Positions 21,654 through 36,600 of a DNA stretch of 64,000 bases are shown piece after piece. A model generated the notes under the pieces. The model made no database searches, was not told the DNA's origin, and was given only the letters and a program-made list of their open reading frames with translations. The stretch lies in assembly GCA_030390025.1 (NCBI GenBank), contig CM059433.1, positions 930,001 through 994,000 of the forward strand, written 5' to 3'. Every line of letters begins with the position of its first letter. The first letter of the stretch is position 1. Source of the stretch: Squalus acanthias. Taxonomy: Eukaryota. The position numbers were made by a program, and so were the translations under genes.

Positions 21654-24600
21654 AGCTGATGCCGATGGGGATACAGTGAGCTAATGTCTATGGGGATACA
21701 GTGAGCTGATGTCTATGGGTATACAGTGAGCTGATGTCTATGGTGATACAGTGAGCTGATGTCTCTGGGGATACATTGTGTTGATGCCTATGGGGATACA
21801 GTGGGCTGATGTCTATGGGGATACAGTGAGCTGATGTCCATGGGGATACAGTGAGCTGATGCCTATGGGGATACAGTGAGCTGGTGTCTATGGGGAAGCA
21901 GTGAGCTGATGTCTATGGGGATATAGTGAGCTGGTGCCTATGGGGATACAGTGAGCTGATGTCTATGGGGATACAGTGAGCTGATGTCTATGGGGATACA
22001 GTGTGTTGATGTCTATGGGGATACAATGTGTTGATGTCTATGGGGATACAGTGAGCTGATGCCTATGGGGATATAATGAGCTGATGTCTATGGGGATGCA
22101 GTGAGCTGATGCCTATGGGGATACAGTGTGTTGATGTCTATGTGGATACAGTGTGTTGATGTCTATGGGGATACAGTGTGTTGATGTCTCTGGGGATACA
22201 GTGAGCTGATGTCTATGGGGATACAGTGAGCTGATGTCTATGGGGATACAGTGAGCTGATGTCTATGGGGAAGCAGTGTGTTGATGTCTATGGGGATACA
22301 GTGAGCTGATGTCTATGGGGATACAGTGTGTTGATGTCTATGGGGAAGCAGTGAGCTGATGCCTATGGGGATAAAGTAAGCTGATGTCTACGAGATATAG
22401 TGAGCTGATGCCTATGGGGATACAGTGAGCTGATGTCTATGGGGATACAGTGAGCTGATGTCTATGGGGATACAATGAGCTGATGCCTATGGGGAAGCAG
22501 TGAGCTGATGCCTATGGGGATACAGTGAGCTGATGTCTATGGGGATACAGTGAGCTGATGTCTATGGTGATACAGTGAGCTGATTTCTATGGGGATACAG
22601 TGTGTTGATGCCTATGGGGATACAGTGAGCTGATGTCTATGGGGATAAAGTGAGCTGATGTCTATGGCGATACAGTGAGCTGATGTCTATGGTGATACAG
22701 TGAGCTGATGTCTATGGGGATACAGTGTGTTGATGCCTATGGGGATACAGTGAGCTGATGCCGATGGGGATACAGTGAGCTAATGTCTATGGGGATACAT
22801 TGAGCTGATGTCTATGGTGATACAGTGAGCTGATGTCTATGGGGATACAGTGTGTTGATGCCTATGGGGATACAGTGAGCTGATGTCTATGGGGATACAG
22901 TGAGCTGAAGTCTATGGGGATACAGTGAGCTGATGCCTATGGGGATACAGTGAGCTGGTGTCTATGGGGAAGCAGTGAGCTGATGACTATGGGGATTCAG
23001 TGAGCTGATGTCTCTGGGGATACAGTGAGCTGATGTCTATGGGGCTACAGTGAGCTGATGTCTATGGGGATACAGAGAGCTGATGTCTATGGGGATATAG
23101 TGAGCTGATGTCTATGGGGATACAGTGAGCTGATGTCTATGGGGATACAGTGTGTTGATGCCTATGGGGATACAATGAGCTGATGTCTATGGGGATACAG
23201 TGTGTTGATGTCTATGAGGATACAATGAGCTGATGTCTATGGGGATATAGTGAGCTGATGTCTATGGGGATATAGTGAGCTGATGCCGATGGGGATACAG
23301 TGAGCTGATGCCTATGGGGATACAGTGAGCTGATGTCTATGGGGATACAATGTGTTGATGTCTATGGGGATACAATGTGTTGATGTCTATGGGGATACAG
23401 TGAGCTGATGCCTATGGGGATATAATGAGCTGATGTCTATGGGGATGCAGTGAGCTGATGCCTATGGGGATACAGTGTGTTGATGTCTATGTGGATACAG
23501 TGTGTTGATGTCTATGTGGATACAGTGTGTTGATGTCTATGGGGATACAGTGTGTTGATGTCTATGGGGATACAGTGTGTTGATGTCTCTGGGGTTACAG
23601 TGTGTTGATGTCTATGTGGATACAGTGTGTTGATGTCTATGGGGATACAGTGTGTTGATGTCTCTGGGGTTACAGTGAGCTGATGTCTATGGGGATACAG
23701 TGAGCTGATGTCTATGGGGATACAGTGAGCTGATGTCTATGGGGAAGCAGTGTGTTGATGTCTATGGGGATACAGTGAGCTGATGTCTATGGGGATACAG
23801 TGTGTTGATGTCTATGGGGAAGCAGTGAGCTGATGCCTATGAGGATAAAGTAAGCTGATGTCTACGAGATATAGTGAGCTGATGCCTATGGGGATACAGT
23901 GAGCTGATGTCTATGGGGATACAGTGAGCTGATGTCTATGGGGATACAATGAGCTGATGCCGATGGGGAAGCAGTGAGCTGATGCCTATGGGGATACAGT
24001 GAGCTGATGTCTATGGGGATACAGTGAGCTGATGTCTATGGTGATACAGTGAGCTGATTTCTATGGGGTACAGTGTGTTGATGCCTATGGGGATACAGTG
24101 AGCTGATGTCTATGGGGATAAAGTGAGCTGATGTCTATGGCGATACAGTGAGCTGATGTCTATGGTGATACAGTGAGCTGATGTCTATGGGGATACAGTG
24201 TGTTGATGCCTATGGGGATACAGTGAGCTGATGCCGATGGGGATATAGTGAGCTGATGTCTATGGGGATACAGTGAGCTGATGTCAATGGGGATACATTG
24301 AGCTGATGTCTATGGGGATAAGGTGTGCTGATGTCTATGGGGATACAGTGAGCTGATGTCTATGGGGATATAGTGAGCTGATGCCTATGGGGATAAGGGG
24401 AGCTGATGCCTATGGGGATACAGTGAGCTGATGTCTATGGGGATACAATGAGCTGATGCCTATGGGGAAGCAGTGAGCTGATGCCTATGGGGATATAGTG
24501 AGCTGATGCCGATGGGGATACAGTGAGCTACTGTCTATGGGGATACAGTGAGCTGATGTCTATGGGGAATACAGTGAGCTGATGTCTATGGTGATACAGT

Positions 24601-27600
24601 GATCTGATGTCTATGGGGATACAGTGTGTTGATGCCTATGGGGATATGGTGAGCTGATGTCTATGGGGATACAGTGAGCTGATGTCTGTGGGGATACAAT
24701 GAGCTGATGTCTATGAGATATAGTGAGCTGATGTCTATGGGGATACAGTGAGCTGATGTCTATGGGGATACAATGAGCTGATGTCTATGGGGAAGCAGTG
24801 AGCTGATGCCGATGGGGATACAGTGAGCTGATGTCTATGGGGATACTGTGAGCTGATGTCTATGGTGATACAGTGAGCTGATGTCTATGGGGATACGGTG
24901 TGTTGATGCCTATGGGGATACAGTGAGCTGATGTCTATGGGGATACAGTGAGCTGAAGTCTATGGGGATACAGTGAGCTGATGCCTATGGGGATACAGTG
25001 AGCTGGTGTCTATGGGGAAGCAGTGAGCTGATGACTATGGGGATTCAGTGAGCTGATGTCTCTGGGGATACAGTGAGCTGATGTCTATGGGGATACAGTG
25101 AGCTGATGTCTATGGGGATACAGAGAGCTGATGTCTATGGGGATATAGTGAGCTGATGTCTATGGGGATACAGTGAGCTGATGTCTATGGGGATACAGTG
25201 TGTTGATGCCTATGGGGATAAAATGAGCTGATGTCTGTGGGGATACAGTGTGTTGATGTCTATGAGGATACAATGAGCTGATGTCTATGGGGATATAGTG
25301 AGCTGATGTCTATGGGGATACAGTGTGTTGATGCCTATGGGGATAAAGTGAGCTGATGTCTATGGGGATACAGTGAGCTGATGTCTATGGGGATACAATG
25401 AGCTGATGCCTATGGGGAAGCAGTGAGCTGATGCCTATGGGGATATAGTGAGCTGATGTCAATGGGGATACAGTGAGCTGATGTCTATGGGGATACAGTG
25501 AGCTGATGTCTATGGGGATATAGTGAGCTGATGCCGATGGGGATACAGTGAGCTGATGCCTATGGGGATACAGTGAGCTGATGTCTATGGGGATACTATG
25601 AGCTGATGCCTATGGGGAAGCAGTGAGCTGATGTCTATGGGGATATAGTGAGCTGATGCCTATGGGGATACAGTGAGCTGATGTCTATGGGGATACAGTG
25701 TGTTGATGTCTATGGGGATATAGTGAGCTGATGTCTATGGGGATACAGTGTGTTGATGTCTATGGGGATACAGTGAGCTGATGTCTATGGGGAAGCAGTG
25801 TGTTGATGTCTATGGGGATACAGTGAGCTGATGTCTATGGGGAAGCAGTGAGCTGATGCCTATGGGGATAAATTAAGCTGATGTCTATGAGATATAGTGA
25901 GCTGATGCCTATGGCGATACAGTGAGCTGATGTCTATGGGGATACAGTGAGCTGATGTCTATGGGGATACAATGAGCTGATGCCTATGGGGAAGCAGTGA
26001 GCTGATGCCTATGGGGATACAGTGAGCTGATGTCTATGGGGATACAGTGAGCTGATGTCTATCGTGATACAGTGAGCTGATGTCTATGGGGATACAGTGT
26101 GTTGATGCCTATGGGGAAACAGTGAGCTGATGTCTATGGGGATAAAGTGAGCTGATGTCTATGGGGATACAGTGAGCTGATGTCTATGGTGATACAGTGA
26201 GCTGATGTCTATGGGGATACAGTGTGTTGATGACTATGGGGATACAGTGAGCTGATGCCGATGGGGATACAGTGAGCTAATGTCTATGAGGATACAGTGA
26301 GCTGATGTCTATGGGGATACAGTGAGCTGATGTCTATGGTGAAACAGTGAGCTGATGTCTATGGGGATACAGTGTGTTGATGCCTATGGGGATACAGTGA
26401 GCTGATGTCTATGGGGATCCAGTGAGCTGATGTCTATGGGGATACAGTGAGCTGATGCCTATGGGGATACAGTGAGCTGGTGTCTATGGGGAAGCAGTGA
26501 GCTGATGACTATGGGGATTCAGAGAGCTGATGTCTCTGGGGATACAGTGAGCTGATGTCTATGGGGATACAGTGAGCTGATGTCTATGGGGATATAGAGA
26601 GCTGATGTCTATGGGGATACAGTGAGCTGATGTCTATGGGGATACAGTGAGCTGATGTCTATGGGGATACAGTGTGTTGATGCCTATGGGGATACAATGA
26701 GCTGATGTCTATGGGGATGCAGTGAGCTGATGTCTATGGGGATATAGTGAGCTGATGTCTATGGGGATATAGTGAGCTGATGCCTATGGGGATACAATGA
26801 GCTGATGTCTATGGGGATACAGTGAGCTGATGTCTATGGGGATATATTGAGCTGATGTTTATGGGGATATAGTGAGCTGATGCCTATGGGGATACAGTGA
26901 GCTGATGTCTATGGGGATACAATGAGCTGATGCCTATGGGGATGCAGTGAGCTGATGCCTATGGGGATATAGTGAGCTGATGCCGATGGGGATACAGTGA
27001 GCTACTGTCTATGGGGATACAGTGAGCTGATGTCTATGGGGATACAGTGAGCTGATGTCTATGATGAGACAGTGAGCTGATGTCTATGGGGATACAGTGT
27101 GTTGATGCCTATGGGGATATGGTGAGCTGATGTCTGTGGGGATACAGTGAGCTGATGTCTATGGGGATACAGTGAGCTGATGTCTATGGGGATATAGTGA
27201 GCTGATGCCTATGGGGATACAGTGAGCTGATGCCTATGGGGATACAGTGAGCTGATGTCTATGGGGATACAAGGAGCTGATGCCTATGGGGAAGCAGTGA
27301 GCTGATGTCTATGGGAATATAGTGAGCTGATGCCTATGGGGATACAGTGAGCTGATGTCTATGGGGATACAATGAGCTGATGCCTATGGGGAAGCAGTGA
27401 GCTGATGTCTATGGGGATACAGTGAGCTGATGTCTATGGGGATACAGTGAGCTGATGTCTATGGGGATACAGTGTGTTGATGTCTATGGGGATACAGTGA
27501 GCTGATGTCTATGGGGTTACAGTGAGCTGATGTCTATGGGGATACAGTGAGCTGATGTCTATGGGGATATAGTGAGCTGATGCCTATGGGGATAAAGTGT

Positions 27601-30600
27601 GTTGATGTCTATGGGGATACAGTGTGTTGATGTCTATGGGGATACAGTGTGTTGATGTCTATGGGGATACAGTGTGTTGATGTCTATGGGGATACAGTGA
27701 GCTGATGCCTATGGGGATATAATGAGCTGATGTCTATGGGGATGCAGTGAGCTGATGCCTATGGGGATACAGTGTGTTGATGTCTATGGGGATACAGTGT
27801 GTTGATATCTATAGGGATACAGTGTGTTGATGTCTATGGGGATACAGTGAGCTGATGTCTATGGGGATACAGTGAGCTGATGTCTATGGGGATACAGTGA
27901 GCTGATGTCTATGGGGAAGCAGTGTGTTGATGTCTATGGGGATACAGTGAGCTGATGTCTATGGGGATACAGTGTGCTGATGTCTATGGGGATACAGTGA
28001 GCTGATGTCTATGGGGATACAGTGTGCTGATGTCTATGGGGAAGCAGTGAGCTGATGCCTATGGGGATAAAGTAAGCTGATGTCTATGAGATATAGTGAG
28101 CTGATGCCTATGGGGATACAGTGAGCTGAAGTCTATGGGGTTACAGTGAGCTGATGTCTATGGGGATACTATGAGCTGATGCCTATGGGGAAGCAGTGAG
28201 CTGATGCCTATGGGGATACAGTGAGCTGATGTCTTTGGGGATACAGTGAGCTGATGTCTATGCTGATACAGTGAGCTGATGTCTATGGGGATACAGTGTG
28301 TTGATGCCTATGGGGATACAGTGAGCTGATGTCTATGGGGATACAGTGAGCTGATGTCTATGGGGATACAGTGAGCTGATGTCTATGGTGATACAGTGAG
28401 CTGATGTCTATGGGGATACAGTGTGTTGATGCCTATGGGGATACAGTGAGCTGATGCCGATGGGGATACAGTGAGCTAATGTCTATGGGGATACAGTGAG
28501 CTGATGTCTGTGGGGATACAGTGAGCTGATGTCTATGGTGATACAGTGAGCTGATGTCTATGGGGATAAAGTGTGTTGACGGCTATGGGGATACAGTGAG
28601 CTTATGTCAATGGGGATAAATTGAGCTGATGTCTATGGGGATACAGTGTGTTGATGTCTATGGGGATAAAATGAGCTGATGCCTATGGGGATACAGTGAG
28701 CTGATGTCTATGGGGTTACAGTGAGCTGATGTCTATGGGGATACAATGAGCTGATGCCTATGGGGAAGCAGTGAGCTGATGCCTATGGGCATACAGTGAG
28801 CTGATGACTATGGGGATACAGTGAGCTTATGTCTATGGTGATACAGTGAGCTGATGTCTATGGGGATACAGTGTGTTGATGCCTATGGGGATACAGTGAG
28901 CTGATGTCTATGGGGATACAGTGAGCTGATGTCTATGGGGATACAGTGAGCTGATGTGTATGGTGATACAGTGAGCTGATGTCTATGGGGATACGGTGTG
29001 TTGATGTCAATGGGGATACAGTGAGCTGATGTCTATGGGGATACATTGAGCTGATGTCTATGGGGATACAGTGAGCTGATGTCTATGGGGAAGCAGTGTG
29101 TTGATGTCTATGGGGAAGCAGTGAGCTGATGCCAATGGGGATAAAGTAAGCTGATGTCTATGAGATATAGTGAGCTGATGTCTATGGGAATACAATGAGC
29201 TGATGCCTATGGGGAAGCAGTGAGCTGATGCCTATGGGCATACAGTGAGCTGATGACTATGGGGATACAGTGAGCTTATGTCTATGGTGATACAGTGTGT
29301 TGATGTCTATGGGGAAGCAGTGAGCTGATGCCAATGGGGATAAAGTAAGCTGATGTCTATGAGATATAGTGAGCTGATGTCTATGGGGATACAATGAGCT
29401 GATGCCTATGGGGAAGCAGTGAGCTGATGCCTATGGGAATACAATGAGCTGATGCCTATGGGGATACAGTGAGCTGATGTCTATGGGGATACAGTGTGCT
29501 GATGTCTATGGGGATACAATGAGCTGATGTCTATGGGGATACAGTGTGTTGATGTCTATGGGGAAGCAGTGAGCTGATGCCAATGGGGATAAAGTAAGCT
29601 GATGTCTATGAGATATAGTGAGCTGATGTCTATGGGGATACAATGAGCTGATGTCTACGAGATATAGTGAGCTGATGCCTATGGGGATACAGTGAGCTGA
29701 TGTCTATGGGGATACAGTGAGCTGATGTCTATGGTGATACAGTGAGCTGATGTCTATGGGGATACAATGAGCTGATGCCTATGGGGAAGCAGTGAGCTGA
29801 TGCCTATGGGGATACAGTGAGCTGATGTCTATGGGGATACAGTGAGCTGATGTCTATGGTGATACAGTGAGCTGATGTCTATGGGGATACAGTGTGTTGA
29901 TGCCTATGGGGATACAGTGAGCTGATGTCTATGGGGATACAGTGAGCTGATGTCTATGGGGATACAGTGAGCTGATGTCTATGGTGATACAGTGAGCTGA
30001 TGTCTATGGGGATACATTGTGTTGATGCCTATGGGGATACAGTGAGCTGATGTATATGGGGATACAGTGAGCTGATGTCTATGGTGATACAGTGAGCTGA
30101 TGTCTATGGGGATACAGTGTGTTGATGCCTATGGGGATACAGTGAGCTGATGTCTATGGGGATACAGTGAGCTGATGTCTATGGGGATACAGTGAGCTGA
30201 TGCCTATGGGGATACAGTGAGCTGGTGTCTATGGGGAAGCAGTGAGCTGATGACTATGGGGATTCAGTGAGCTGATGTCTCTGGGGATACAGTGAGCTGA
30301 TGTCTATGGGGATACAGTGAGCTGATGTCTATGGGGATACAGAGAGCTGATGTCTATGGGGATACAGTGAGCTGATGTCTATGGGGATACAGTGAGCTGA
30401 TGTCTATGGGGATACAGTGTGTTGATGCCTATGGCGATACAATGAGCTGATGTCTATGGGGATACAGTGTGTTGATGTCTATGAGGATACAATGAGCTCA
30501 TGTCTATGGGGATATATTGAGCTGATGTCTATGGGGATATAGTGAGCTGATGTCTATGGGGATACAGTGTGTTGATGCCTATGGGGATACAGTGATCTTA

Positions 30601-33600
30601 TGTCAATGGGGATACAGTGAGCTTATGTCAATGGGGATACATTGAGCTGATGTCTATGGGGATACAGTGTGTTGATGTCTATGGGGATGCAGTGAGCTGA
30701 TGTCTATGGGAATACAATGAGCTGATGTCTATGGGGATATAGTGAGCTGATGCCTATGGGGATACAGTGTGTTGATGTCTATGGGGATGCAGTGAGCTGA
30801 TGCCTATGGGGATAAAGTGTGTTGATGTCTATGGGGATACAGTGAGCTGATGTCTATGGGGATACAGTGAGCTGATGTCTATGGGGATGCAGTGAGCTGA
30901 TGTCTATGGGGAAGCAGTGTGTTGATGTCTATGGGGATACAGTGAGCTGATGTCTATGGGGATACAATGAGCTGATGCCTATGGGGATACAGTGAGCTGA
31001 TGTCTATGGTGATACAGTGAGCTGATGTCTATGGGGATACAGTGTGTTGATGTCTATGGGGATACAGTGTGTTGATGCCTATGGGGATACAGTGAGCTTA
31101 TGTCTATGGGGATACAATGAGCTGATGTCTATGGGGATATAGTGAGCTGATGCCTATGGGGATACAGTGTGTTGATCTCTATGGGGATACAGTGTGTTGA
31201 TGTCTATGGGGATACAGTTTGTTGATGTCTATGGCGATACAGTGTGTTGATGTCTATGGGGATAAAGTGAGCTGATGCCTATGGGGATATAATGAGCAGA
31301 TGTCTGTGGGGATACAGTGAGCTGATGTCTATGGGGATACAGTGAGCTGATGTCTATAGGGAAGCAGTGTGTTGATGTCTATGGGGATACAGTGAGCTGA
31401 TGTCTATGGGGATACAGTGTGCTGATGTCTATGGGGATACAGTGAGCTGATGTCTATGGGGATACAGTGTGTTGATGTCTATGGGGAAGCAGTGAGCTGA
31501 TGCCTATGGGGATAAAGTAAGCTGATGTCTATGAGATATAGTGAGCTGATGCCTATGGGGATACAGTGAGCTGATGTCTATGGGGATACAGTGAGCTGAT
31601 GTCTATGGGGATACAATGAGCTGATGCCTATGGGGAAGCAGTGAGCTGATGCCTATGGGGATACAGTGAGCTGATGTCTATGGGGATACAGTGAGCTGAT
31701 GTCTATGGTGATACATTGAGCTGATGTCTATGGGGATACAGTGTGTTGATGCCTATGGGGATACAGTGAGCTGATGTCTATGGGGATACAGTGAGCTGAT
31801 GTCTATGGGGATACAGTGAGCTGATGTCTATGGTGATACAGTGAGCTGATGTCTATGGGGATACAGTGTGTTGATGCCTATGGGGATACAGTGAGCTGAT
31901 GTCTATGGGGATACAGTGAGCTGGTGTCTATGGGGATGCAGTGAGCTGATGACTATGGGGATTCAGTGAGCTGATGTCTATGGGGATACAGTGAGCTGAT
32001 GTCTATGGGGATACAATGAGCTGATGCCTATGGAGATACAGTGAGCTGGTGTCTATGGGGAAGCAGTGAGCTGAAGACTATGGGGATTCAGTGAGCTGAT
32101 GTCTCTGGGGATACTGTGAGCTGATGTCTATGGGGATACAGTGAGCTGATGTCTATGGGGATACAGCGAGCTGATGTCTATGGGGATACAGTGAGCTGAT
32201 GTCTATGGGGATACAGTGAGCTGATGTCTATGGGGATACAGTGTGTTGATGCCTATGGGGATACAATGAGCTGATGTCTATGGGGATAAAGTGTGTTGAT
32301 GTCTATGAGGATACAATGAGCTGATGTCTATGGGGATACAGTGTGTTGATGTCTATGGGGATACAGTGTGTTGATGCCTATGGGGATAAAGTAAGCTGAT
32401 GTATATGAGATATAGTGAGCTGATGCCTATGGGGATACAGTGAGCTGATGTCTATGGGGATACAGTGAGCTGATGTCTATGGGGATACAATGAGCTGATG
32501 CCTATGGGGAAGCAGTGAGCTGATGCCTATGGGGATACAGTGAGCTGATGTCTATGGGGATACAGTGAGCTGATGTCTATGGTGATACAGTGAGCTGATG
32601 TCTATGGGGATACAGTGTGTTGATGCCTATGGGGATACAGTGAGCTGATGTCTATGGGGATACAGTGAGCTGATGTCTATGGGGATACAGTGAGCTGATG
32701 TCTATGGTGATACAGTGAGCTGATGTCTATGGGGATACAGTGTGTTGATGCCTATGGGGATACAGTGAGCTGATGCCGATGGGGATACAGTGAGCTAATG
32801 TCTATGGGGTACAGTGTGCTGATGTCTATGGGGATACAGTGAGCTGATGTCTATGGTGATACAGTGAGCTGATGTCTATGGGGATACAGTGTGTTGATTC
32901 CTATGGGGATACAGTGAGCTGATGTCTATGGGGATACAGTGAGCTGATGTCTATGGGTTACAGTGAGCTGATGCCTATGGGGATACAGTGAGCTGGTGTC
33001 TATGGGGAGCAGTGAGCTGATGACTATGGAGATTCAGTGAGCTGATGTCTATGGGGATACAGTGAGCTGATGTCTATGGGGATACAGTGAGCTGATGTCT
33101 ATGGGGATACAGTGTGTTGATGCCTATGGGGATACAATGAGCTGATGTCTATGGGGATACAGTGTGTTGATGTCTATGAGGATAAAATGAGCTCATGTCT
33201 ATGGGGATATAGTGAGCTGATGTCTATGGGGATATAGTGAGCTGATGCCTATGGGGATACAATGAGCTGATGTCTATGGGGATACAATGAGCTGATGTCT
33301 ATGGGATATAGTGAGCTGATGTCTATGGGGATACCGTGAGCTGATGTCTATGGGGAAGCAGTGTGTTGATGTCTATGGGGATACAGTGAGCTGATGTCTA
33401 TGGGGATACAGTGTGCTGATGTCTATGGGGATACAGTGAGCTGATGTCTATGGGGATACAGTGTGTTGATGTCTATGGGGAAGCAGTGAGCTGATGCCTA
33501 TGGGGATAAAGTAAGCTGATGTCTATGAGATATAGTGAGCTGATGCCTATGGGGATACAGTGAGCTGATGTCTATGGGGATAAAATGAGCTGATGCCTAT

Positions 33601-36600
33601 GGGGAAGCAGTGAGCTGATGCCTATGGGGATACAGTGAGCTGATGTCTATGGGGATACAATGAGCTGATGCCTATGGCGAAGCAGTGAGCTGATGCCTAT
33701 GGGGATACAGTGAGCTGATGTCTATGGGGATACAGTGAGCTGATGTCTATGGTGATACAGTGAGCTGATGTCTATGGGGATACAGTGTGTTGATGCCTTT
33801 GGGGATACAGTGAGCTGATGTCTATGGGGATACAATGAGCTGATGTCTATGGGGATACAGTGAGCTGATGTCTATGGTGATACAGTGAGCTGATGTCTAT
33901 GGGGATACAGTGTGTTGATGTCTATGGGGATTGAGTGTGTTGATGCCTATGGGGATACAGTGAGCTTCTGTCTATGGGGATACAATGAGCTGATGTCTAT
34001 GAGGATACAGTGAGCTGATGTCTATGGTGATACAGTGAGCTGATGTCTATGGGGATACAGTGTGTTGATGCCTATGGGGATACAGTGAGCTGATGTCTAT
34101 GGGGATACAGTGAGCTGATGTCTATGGGGATACAGTGAGCTGGTGTCTATGGGGAAGCAGTGAGCTGATGACTATGGGGATTCAGTGAGCTGATGTCTCT
34201 GGGGATACAGTGAGCTGATGTCTATGGGGATACAGTGAGCTGATGTCTATGGGGATACAGAGAGCTGATGTCTATGGGGATACAGTGAGCTGATGTCTAT
34301 GGGGATAGAGTGAGCTGATGTCTATGGGGATACAGTGTGTTGATGCCTATGGGGATACAATGAGCTGATGTCTATGGGGATACAGTGTGTTGATGTCTAT
34401 GAGGATACAATGAGCTCATGTCTTTTAGGATATAGTGAGCTGATGTCTATGGGGATATAGTGAGCTGATGCCTATGGGGATACAATGAGCTGATGTCTAT
34501 GGGGATACAGTGAGCTGATGTCTATGGGGATATAGTGAGCTGATGTCTATGGGGATATAGTGAGCTGATGCCTATGGGGATACAATGAGCTGATGTCTAT
34601 GGGGATACAGTGAGCTGATGTCTATGGGGATACAGTGAGCTGATGTCTATGGGGATATAGTGAGCTGATGTCTATGGGGATACAGTGTGTTGATGTCTAT
34701 GGGGATACAATGAGCTGATGTCTATGGGGATACAGTGTGTTGATGTCTATGGGGATACAGTGAGCTTATGTCTATGGGGATACAATGAGCTGATATCTAT
34801 GGGGATATAGTGAGCTGATGCCTATGAGGATACAGTGTGTTGATGTCTATGGGGATAAAGTGTGTTGATGTCTATGGGGATACAGTATGTTGATGTCTAT
34901 GGGGATACAGTGTGTTGATGTCTATGGGGATACAGTGAGCTGATGCCTATGGGGATATAATGAGCAGATGTCTATGGGGATGCAGTGAGCTGATGCCTAT
35001 GGGGATACAGTGTGTTGATGTCTATGGGGATACAGTGTGTTGATGTCTATGGGGATACAGTGCGTTGATGTCTATGGGGATACAGTGAGCTGATGTCTAT
35101 GGGGATACAGTGAGCTGATATCTATGGGGATACAGTGAGCTGATGTCTATGGGGATACAGTGTGTTGATGTCTATGGGGAAGCAGTGAGCTGATGCCTAT
35201 GGGGATGAAGTAAGCTGATGTCTATGAGATATAGTGAGCTGATGCCTATGGGGATACAGTGAGCTGATGTCTATGGGGATACAGTGAGCTGATGTCTATG
35301 GGGATACAATGAGCTGATGCCTATGGGGAAGCAGTGAGCTGATGCCTATGGGGATACAGTGAGCTGATGTCTATGGGGATACAGTGAGCTGATGTCTATG
35401 GTGATACAGTGAGCTGATGTCTATGGGGATACAGTGTGTTGATGCCTATGGGGATACAGTGAGCTAATGTCTATGGGGATACAGTGAGCTGATGTCTATG
35501 GGGATACAGTGAGCTGATGTCTATGGTGATACAGTGAGCTGATGTCTATGTGGATACAATGTGTTGATGCCGATGGGGATACAGTGAGCTGATGCCGATG
35601 GGGATACAATGAGCTGATGCCTATGGGGAAGCAGTGAGCTGATGCCTATGGGGATACAGTGAGCTGATGTCTATGGGGATACAGTGAGCTGATGTCTATG
35701 GTGATACAGTGAGCTGATGTCTATGGGGATACAGTTTGTTGATGCCTATGGGGATACAGTGAGCTGATGTCTATGGGGATACAGTGAGCTGATGTCTATG
35801 GGGATACAGTGAGCTGATGTCTATGGTGATACAGTGAGCTGATGTCTATGGGGATACAGTGTGTTGATGCCTATGGGGATACAGTGAGCTGATGCCGATG
35901 GGGATACAGTGAGCTAATGTCTATGGGGTACAGTGTGCTGATGTCTATGGGGATACAGTGAGCTGATGTCTATGGTGATACAGTGAGCTGATGTCTATGG
36001 GGATACAGTGTGTTGATTCCTATGGGGATACAGTGAGCTGATGTCTATGGGGATACAGTGAGCTGATGTCTATGGGTTACAGTGAGCTGATGCCTATGGG
36101 GATACAGTGAGCTGGTGTCTATGGGGAGCAGTGAGCTGATGACTATGGAGATTCAGTGAGCTGATGTCTATGGGGATACAGTGAGCTGATGTCTATGGGG
36201 ATACAGTGAGCTGATGTCTATGGGGATACAGTGTGTTGATGCCTATGGGGATACAATGAGCTGATGTCTATGGGGATACAGTGTGTTGATGTCTATGAGG
36301 ATAAAATGAGCTCATGTCTATGGGGATATAGTGAGCTGATGTCTATGGGGATATAGTGAGCTGATGCCTATGGGGATACAATGAGCTGATGTCTATGGGG
36401 ATACCATGAGCTGATGTCTATGGGGATATAGTGAGCTGATGTCTATGGGGATACCGTGAGCTGATGTCTATGGGGAAGCAGTGTGTTGATGTCTATGGGG
36501 ATACAGTGAGCTGATGTCTATGGGGATACAGTGTGCTGATGTCTATGGGGATACAGTGAGCTGATGTCTATGGGGATACAGTGTGTTGATGTCTATGGGG

